Source of the DNA: an uncultured Clostridia bacterium
GTDB lineage: Bacteria; Bacillota; Clostridia; Christensenellales; UBA1242
Assembly (NCBI GenBank): GCA_947382485.1
Contig: CANCYS010000003.1
Location: 115,337-179,336, forward strand
Reading direction: 5' to 3'
Length of the DNA: 64,000 nt
Shown: positions 57,848 through 64,000 of the stretch, one piece after another
Layout: each line of letters starts with the position of its first letter
How positions within the stretch are numbered: position 1 is the stretch's first letter
The notes under the pieces: generated by a model
What the model was told of the DNA's origin: nothing
Databases searched by the model: none
Seen by the model: only the letters and a program-made list of their open reading frames with translations
Program-made: the position numbers and the translations under genes

Positions 57848-59160
57848 TATTTTTCACCCTTATCCTTTTTGAAATAAAATTTACCTGCTGATATTCTTTG
57901 CGACAAGTGTCTTCTTGCTGGACACACATAAGAACAACAACCGCAATCAATACAAGAATGACCTCTAAGTCTATTGAAATCTTCAATCTCTTCACTTAGA
58001 TATGTTCTTTCAATGGCTTGTGGATTTAAAAATACAGGACAAACAGATGAACATTTTCCGCAAGAAATACATGGATATTCTTTGCTGTCAGTGAGTTCAT
58101 CAAATTTTAAAACTAAAATTGTGTTTGTCATAAATGAAATTGAGATATCTTCATTAAACTGAGCATTCCCACTCATGATGCTTCCATCGATAAGTCTTGA
58201 TGGAGCTTTGATATCTTCAACTCCAACAAATTCGAGAATGTTTTGATATGACGCTCCATTTGGAACGAAGTAGTTTCCTTTTCTTGTGACATTGTCACCA
58301 TCAACAGTGACAACTTTGTTTGTTACTGGTTTATTAAATTCAACTGCCCTACAAAAGTTGTAACAAGTTTCTGCATTTTCAATTGTGATTCCTGCATCAA
58401 GAAAAGAAAGATTTTTATTAATCTTTTTCTTACATACCAAACTTGCAAGAATGTATGGATTGTCGAATGGATATTTATTTGGTATAAATTTAATTTTAAA
58501 ATCGTAACGCTTTTTTGATTCTGCAATATGTTTTTTAAGTTTTGCAGCAAGTTTGTAATTGTTTTCTGTAAACACAAAAGTTATGAATTGTGCATTTGTT
58601 ATATTCATGAAATATTTTGCACCATTCACAACCTCTTCCATTTTGTACTCTGCAAGAGTTTGATTGATACTATTGTTTGGGTCTGTGCTATCCATCAAAA
58701 CGATCAAAGTTTTATAAGACCTTGCACCAACATAGGCATATTTGAGATATGAAGGCATTTGCGAAACAGTATCAATAATTCCTGCATCTCTAAGTCTTGA
58801 AATGAGTGTGACATCAGAAATAGAATCAATTTGTGGAAGATCTTCAACTTCATCTTTATTATCGTTCATAACAAGAATATGCTTGCAGTATTCACCACCA
58901 GCATTCATCTTGCTGAAAATATTTAAAATCTTACCACTTACTGGTGAATAAATATTTAAACCAAAGTTTCCAACAGGTTTAGCAATTAAAGTTCCCTGCT
59001 TAACAGAATCACCAACACGCACAACAGGTTCTGATTCTGAAACGTTTTTAAGTTTAAGCGGAACATTGTAAAATTCCACTGGCCTTAAAGGTGTTATGTC
59101 TGTGCCAGTTGTGGCTTTTATTTTTGGTGCTTTGATGCCTCTTAAATTTATTAATCTCAC
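57847..59160 (-). CDS. rnfC: RnfC-like subunit (NADH/FMN motifs degenerate, two 4Fe-4S retained)
   Basis: PVVRVGDSVKQG, SPVSGK, KYP, CISCGKCSSVCP, CIDCGCCSYVCP; probable GTG start at 59160 after GAGG. Confidence 0.85.
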   Translation of the reverse strand: MRLINLRGIKAPKIKATTGTDITPLRPVEFYNVPLKLKNVSESEPVVRVGDSVKQGTLIAKPVGNFGLNIYSPVSGKILNIFSKMNAGGEYCKHILVMNDNKDEVEDLPQIDSISDVTLISRLRDAGIIDTVSQMPSYLKYAYVGARSYKTLIVLMDSTDPNNSINQTLAEYKMEEVVNGAKYFMNITNAQFITFVFTENNYKLAAKLKKHIAESKKRYDFKIKFIPNKYPFDNPYILASLVCKKKINKNLSFLDAGITIENAETCYNFCRAVEFNKPVTNKVVTVDGDNVTRKGNYFVPNGASYQNILEFVGVEDIKAPSRLIDGSIMSGNAQFNEDISISFMTNTILVLKFDELTDSKEYPCISCGKCSSVCPVFLNPQAIERTYLSEEIEDFNRLRGHSCIDCGCCSYVCPARRHLSQRISAGKFYFKKDKGEK

Positions 59161-59260
59161 AATAAACCTCACACAATATATACAAATATATATTAACAAA
59201 AATAAAGGTTATTGTAAAACAATTTTTAGGCAAATACAAATTTACTTTGTCTTATTGTCT

Positions 59261-59635
59261 TTATTTTTTTTTCATCATAACAATCGCCTTGATGAAGAAG
59301 AATATTCCAATCAAAATTATGAAGCCTGCAAAACAAATTCGTAGCACTTCCGAACTTGTGTTTAAAGCAAAAAAACTTGAAAAAAATGCAACAACACTTG
59401 CTGGTAATGCAATGCAAATTAAAGCCTTAAAATCAATGAGTTTGTTTTTAATATAAATTACACTACACATCACTGCAAGCACTATAAAACAAACAACATT
59501 TGTTGACTGACAAATTATCTGTTCTATGCCAAAAAACAAACTAAGCATAGGTATTAAAAATGTTCCACCACCCATACCCATTCCAGCAAAAATTCCTGAA
59601 AAACACGAAATGAGTATCAAAAACAAAACTTGCAT
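59261..59635 (-). CDS. half-size TauE/SafE family membrane protein
   Basis: GIFAGMGMGGGTFLIP; 4 TM segments. Confidence 0.85.
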   Translation of the reverse strand: MQVLFLILISCFSGIFAGMGMGGGTFLIPMLSLFFGIEQIICQSTNVVCFIVLAVMCSVIYIKNKLIDFKALICIALPASVVAFFSSFFALNTSSEVLRICFAGFIILIGIFFFIKAIVMMKKK

Positions 59636-59700
59636 ATTTTTCTCCTAAAACAAGGTTTTTAATATGATATTTCAATAATTTTTAACACATTTTGCGTTTT

Positions 59701-60075
59701 TTAGAAAATTATCATACATACACCAGCAATAACAAGCACTACTGCAAATATCATATCAATAACATTATTCTTTAATTTTTTAAGTAGTTTTGTTCCAACA
59801 AAACTACCAATCACGCTACCAATTCCACACACCAAAATCAATTTAAAATCAAGCTGATGTTTTACAAAATAAATTATCGAACTTGCGATGCACATAAACA
59901 GCACACACATAAGTGTTGTGGCATGTGCTTTTTTGCTTTCAACTTTTGCTGCACATGAAATCATTGGAACAAGAAGCAGTCCACCGCCTGCTCCAAAAAA
60001 ACCATTAATGAATCCTGCAACAAGCCCCACTCCAACAAGTTCAAAGCAAGACAAAATCTTTTGCTTTTTAGTCAT
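59701..60075 (-). CDS. half-size TauE/SafE family membrane protein
   Basis: GFINGFFGAGGGLLLVP, KKAHAT; start moved to MTKKQK. Confidence 0.85.
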   Translation of the reverse strand: MTKKQKILSCFELVGVGLVAGFINGFFGAGGGLLLVPMISCAAKVESKKAHATTLMCVLFMCIASSIIYFVKHQLDFKLILVCGIGSVIGSFVGTKLLKKLKNNVIDMIFAVVLVIAGVCMIIF

Positions 60076-60250
60076 ACATTTAGTATGGCTAATTAGTCCA
60101 CAAATATTACACTCTTTTGCATATAACAAAATATCAAAAAATATGTCAAAATAAAATATCACAAGTATTAAAAAAAGACCTTTAAAACATTGATTTTTTG
60201 GCATAAATATAGTAGAATTAATTTGTTTAATTAATAATATGGAGAATTTT

Positions 60251-63200
60251 ATGAAAAAACTTTTCAAACGCTTAAAACAAAATAAAAAACCTATATTAAG
60301 TTTTCTTCTTGCAATCATGTTGATGTTCTCTTTCAACTATATGCCAATTAGCGTAATTTCAAATTATGTTAATTTTTCTGATGCATATAAATCGAGCACA
60401 TCTCAATCTTATTACACAAAAGAAAACGAAAGTTATATTGATAAAGGAAACTACCCTGCTAGTCTTCAAAAGTTCTTTGAAGGAAGCAGCAATAACTTTA
60501 ACATCAAAGTTTATTATGATTCTAGATTTGAAGAATTGCTTGGTAAATATGCACATGAATTTTTAAAATACTGGCAAACTTCATCTGGCAGTTATGTTTA
60601 TCCTTATGAAGAATATTTAGAGTATCTTGGTTTTGATGATATTTATAGTTACTATAAGTCTGGTAAAACAAATTACAAAACATTCCAAAAATATTTGGAA
60701 GAATTTATCATGACAGAAGACATCAACTTTACTCTTCCAAATCAATCAACTGGTTCAACCGACAACTACACAATCACTGCCCTTCCTGAACTTTGCATTA
60801 AAGGTGAAGAAAATAAATTTAGAAACTTATCTTTCTTCTACAATGCTTTTGCAAATAAACTTGATGGCAAAAATGAAGCAGTTACAGGTAATGACAGAAA
60901 CGATAATGAAGAAGATGCAGATATTCCTTCAACACCAACTTTTGAAAACATTGATGATTTTTATGCACACAGCGTTTCATTTAATAGATTAAAAACTTTC
61001 CTTGACGATGAAATTGTCAAAACTGTTGCAATCTACACCTATGATGGAAAAACACAAGATAAAAATGTTGCTGGAATAATCGCTGATGGTGTACCTATTT
61101 CATCTTCATATTATTATAGTGATAACTCTTACGAATCAACAAAAAGACCAAAAGTTTATTATGAGAAAGTTAATGTTGGTACAAACAAAGTTAACAAGGC
61201 TTACTACTTTGGAACAAGTGCTCAACTCCTTCCTGAAATTTCAAACAGCAAAAAAGAAATTTTAGAAGAAGCATACAAGAATGGTTCATTTGTTTATGAA
61301 AATGTTTCAGAACTTCAAAACAACCCACTCTATTATGAAAGAATCACTGACACAACAAACGCTTTCTATATTGATGAAAATCACCCAGTTTATTATAAGT
61401 ATGTTTCATCTGAATCTTCAACAACCGCAACTGCCCCATTCACTTATGTACTTCTTAACTCAAAAACATATTTTGATATTTATGTTTTAACTGACGATGA
61501 TTCAGAAAGTTTTGATATTCTTAATAATAGTGCAACTCTCAGTTCACTTCACTACAAAAAAATTACACAAGATGAACTTAACTCTTCATCTGTTTATGTT
61601 CAAATTCCATACTTTGGAAATAATGTTGACAATATTGACCTTCCAACAAGAGAATATTATTTCAACTACATTTTCAATTTAATCGGATATAAAAACTCAG
61701 ATGGAAGTTATTTCAAAAACTACTGCAAGCTTTTCACAAAAGATGAAGGCGGAAAACTTGTTAGCAGAATCTATTTAAAACATACAGAAGAATCTTTGAA
61801 ATATGTTTATATGTCACAATCTGACTATGATTCATTTAAAACAACTGAAAGTTTTAACACTTATGCTTACAAAGATTACATTAGAACACTACCTGCCTCT
61901 TACAACAAAAATGATTATGAAGCAGTTAAGTCAACAGACAGAGGCTACTATTTAAGTGACTATTCTTTATATTTTGAAAAAACAAAAGTTAACTACACCA
62001 GCCTTGTTACTGATGGTAAATACACTGGCGAATACGAAACCAAATATGTTCCAAACATTCCTTATGTTACTCACGAAATTCCAGATGAAGGTTTCTTGAA
62101 AGAAGGATTAAATCTTAGAGTGTTTGTTATGAACAATGGTGAATTCGATGAAAATTCTCAACAAGAAACAATTGGCGGAGTTAACTATTCAGTTATTAAA
62201 CCAAGTTCTCTTGAAAGTGAAAGGAACTTCTATGTAAAAGTTCCAACATCTGTGTCTGACAAGTTGAACAATAAAGATGATTCAGATGCAAGCAATGATA
62301 CAAACTATTCATTCTACTACAAACACGCTTCTAAAACTGTTAAACAAATTTACATTTACACAAAGGAAACTGGTGCTGAAAACAATGAGGTTTATAAAAA
62401 TCTTTATTATGAAATTTTAAAACCAAGTGATTTCGACTCTTCCCTTTACACACTCGTTAAATCTGATGACGAAAACTACAACAAAAATTTCACACTCTAT
62501 TATAAATATTCTTATGATGGTGGCGAAGTTGACTTGGCAGATATTTTCGTTCAAAACAAAATTTCTGGTGGAAATGCAATTTACATTGCAGCAGATAACA
62601 TTTCATCAAGTGAACAAGCACTCTTCAATTCACTTAACTACACTGTTATTTCAACTGATGAACTTAAAATGAATTCAGAATTTTATGTTTTGATTTCAGA
62701 AAACGATGACAACCACAGCAATACTTATAAATCTTTATATTATAAATACCAACCAAAAACCGAAGGTGGCAGTTTTATAAAAGAAAAAGTTGTATATCTC
62801 TACTCTTCTTCAACAAGCACAACTTACAAAACTTTCTACAACACAAATTCTGGATATGTTGCATCAGACTATGAACTTGTGACACCTCTTAACAGCAATG
62901 GTGAAAAGAACAAAGATTTCGTTGAAGGTCTTAATCTTTATTATAAAAAGATTAGAACTGAAAGTTCAAAAGACATCAGCAAAGACAACTATTTCTATTA
63001 TAAATCAACATCAACAACAAAACTTGAAGCAAATAGCTATTATGTACTTTCATTCTACGCATACACTCTTGATGCAGAAGCATCAGTTTATGTTAAAGAT
63101 GCAAATGGCAAAGTGATTGCAAAAGTTGAACACATCACAACTGGTGGTAAATGGCAAAAACAATATGTATTCATTTCAACTGACACTCTCACCACCTCTA

Positions 63201-64000
63201 CTGTATCATTATATTTATACATGGGAGATGAAATTAGCCTTCTTGGAAGTGCTTATGTTGATGGAACTGATTATACAAATAAAACTGTTACTGGAAAAGT
63301 TTTATTTGATGAAATCACTATAACAAAAATTAATCAAACCGATTATAATAAAAAATCTATTGATGATAAACCAGTTTTAGTTGAAGATGAAGAAAATAAA
63401 GGTAATTATATTGATGATTACAAAAATACAGTTGTTGCTAGCACTGTTGATTTAAGAACAAAATCTGAAATTGATGTTTGGTCTGGTGCAACAAACTGGA
63501 CTGACATGTTCGATTTTGATGAAAGTTCAAATCTTCAAAATTTAATTGGTACAGAATTTGCTAATAATGATGAAGACAAAACCACAACTGTGACTGATGG
63601 TTCACTTAAATTTGATGAAAATGTTGATGTTTTAGCGGACTACACTTCCCTTTGGCAATACTACATCAGTCGTAATCTTGCAGACCAAGGCATGAACTTC
63701 CAACTTAAACAATATAAAAATGCTTATGCAAATGGCGAACTCACTGCATCTATTATTGATGAATCAATTATAGACAAAACTGTAAAAGAAGATGAGGACG
63801 AACCAGAAGACAAAGAAGATGATAAGGACGATGATAAAAAAGAAGAAATCAAAACAATTTCTTCAACATTCAGACATAACAACAAAGTTCTTAAACTTGA
63901 AAATTCAAACAAACTCGTATCTTTGGGTCTTGTTTCAAACTCATTCAACATTAAACAAAATGAATATTACAAAATTACTGTTTGGATTTATTCACCAGAC
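60251..64000 (+). CDS. very large secreted/surface protein (>1250 aa, runs off window) with Tyr-rich repeats and CBM4/9-like jelly-roll domains
   Basis: Not in ORF track. GGAG RBS, signal MKKLFKRLKQNKKPILSFLLAIMLMFSF; frame open at every segment spot-checked up to the window end; LEANSYYVLSFY...TTGGKWQK...VLFDEITI motif. Confidence 0.85.
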   Translation, partial: MKKLFKRLKQNKKPILSFLLAIMLMFSFNYMPISVISNYVNFSDAYKSSTSQSYYTKENESYIDKGNYPASLQKFFEGSSNNFNIKVYYDSRFEELLGKYAHEFLKYWQTSSGSYVYPYEEYLEYLGFDDIYSYYKSGKTNYKTFQKYLEEFIMTEDINFTLPNQSTGSTDNYTITALPELCIKGEENKFRNLSFFYNAFANKLDGKNEAVTGNDRNDNEEDADIPSTPTFENIDDFYAHSVSFNRLKTFLDDEIVKTVAIYTYDGKTQDKNVAGIIADGVPISSSYYYSDNSYESTKRPKVYYEKVNVGTNKVNKAYYFGTSAQLLPEISNSKKEILEEAYKNGSFVYENVSELQNNPLYYERITDTTNAFYIDENHPVYYKYVSSESSTTATAPFTYVLLNSKTYFDIYVLTDDDSESFDILNNSATLSSLHYKKITQDELNSSSVYVQIPYFGNNVDNIDLPTREYYFNYIFNLIGYKNSDGSYFKNYCKLFTKDEGGKLVSRIYLKHTEESLKYVYMSQSDYDSFKTTESFNTYAYKDYIRTLPASYNKNDYEAVKSTDRGYYLSDYSLYFEKTKVNYTSLVTDGKYTGEYETKYVPNIPYVTHEIPDEGFLKEGLNLRVFVMNNGEFDENSQQETIGGVNYSVIKPSSLESERNFYVKVPTSVSDKLNNKDDSDASNDTNYSFYYKHASKTVKQIYIYTKETGAENNEVYKNLYYEILKPSDFDSSLYTLVKSDDENYNKNFTLYYKYSYDGGEVDLADIFVQNKISGGNAIYIAADNISSSEQALFNSLNYTVISTDELKMNSEFYVLISENDDNHSNTYKSLYYKYQPKTEGGSFIKEKVVYLYSSSTSTTYKTFYNTNSGYVASDYELVTPLNSNGEKNKDFVEGLNLYYKKIRTESSKDISKDNYFYYKSTSTTKLEANSYYVLSFYAYTLDAEASVYVKDANGKVIAKVEHITTGGKWQKQYVFISTDTLTTSTVSLYLYMGDEISLLGSAYVDGTDYTNKTVTGKVLFDEITITKINQTDYNKKSIDDKPVLVEDEENKGNYIDDYKNTVVASTVDLRTKSEIDVWSGATNWTDMFDFDESSNLQNLIGTEFANNDEDKTTTVTDGSLKFDENVDVLADYTSLWQYYISRNLADQGMNFQLKQYKNAYANGELTASIIDESIIDKTVKEDEDEPEDKEDDKDDDKKEEIKTISSTFRHNNKVLKLENSNKLVSLGLVSNSFNIKQNEYYKITVWIYSPD

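Noticed and set aside
60076-60336. 87-aa N-terminal extension of the TauE ORF, and similar extensions of ridA, ppa, minD, rnfC and spoIVFB in the ORF track
   Set aside because: These run through promoter or intergenic DNA (this one overlaps the divergent giant gene), and better starts exist downstream.
4289-63951. Many 60-140 aa ORFs in the ORF track antisense to or overlapping larger genes (e.g. 21885-22301, 51877-52293 and all short ORFs in 60359-63951)
   Set aside because: They are shadow frames of well-supported genes, with no RBS or recognisable motifs. Those after 60251 lie inside one giant ORF.

Overview
This is a very AT-rich chromosomal segment from a Clostridia-like, probably spore-forming Firmicute (inferred from ctsR-mcsA-mcsB-clpC, a T-box, rplU-prp-rpmA and spoIVFB). 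Most genes are on the minus strand and are housekeeping: ddl/murF, tsaEB-rimI, pheST, obg, nth, hpf, clpC, truA, polA, ppa, floA, ribosomal proteins and 7 tRNAs. I saw no transposase, integrase, prophage or CRISPR array. The best candidate for an undescribed system is at 31391-33632. There a MetRS-fold class I synthetase with altered Met-pocket and anticodon residues sits behind a complete leader-peptide attenuator. Its peptide, MFNLQKEQQQF, has a run of glutamine codons and no internal Met, which suggests a Gln-responsive and possibly non-Met enzyme. Other notable signals are a flavin-less Rnf-like operon lacking rnfG, a rare tRNA-Leu(AAG), and recurrent leaderless genes (-10 hexamer, 6 nt, start codon). 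Several intact genes have lost catalytic motifs (McsB, Zn-macrodomain, Ppx, MreB, MinD, an ABC ATPase). There is also a candidate G-rich small transcript and a >1250-aa secreted protein with Tyr-rich repeats that the ORF track missed. All protein calls come from motif recognition by eye; no searches were run.
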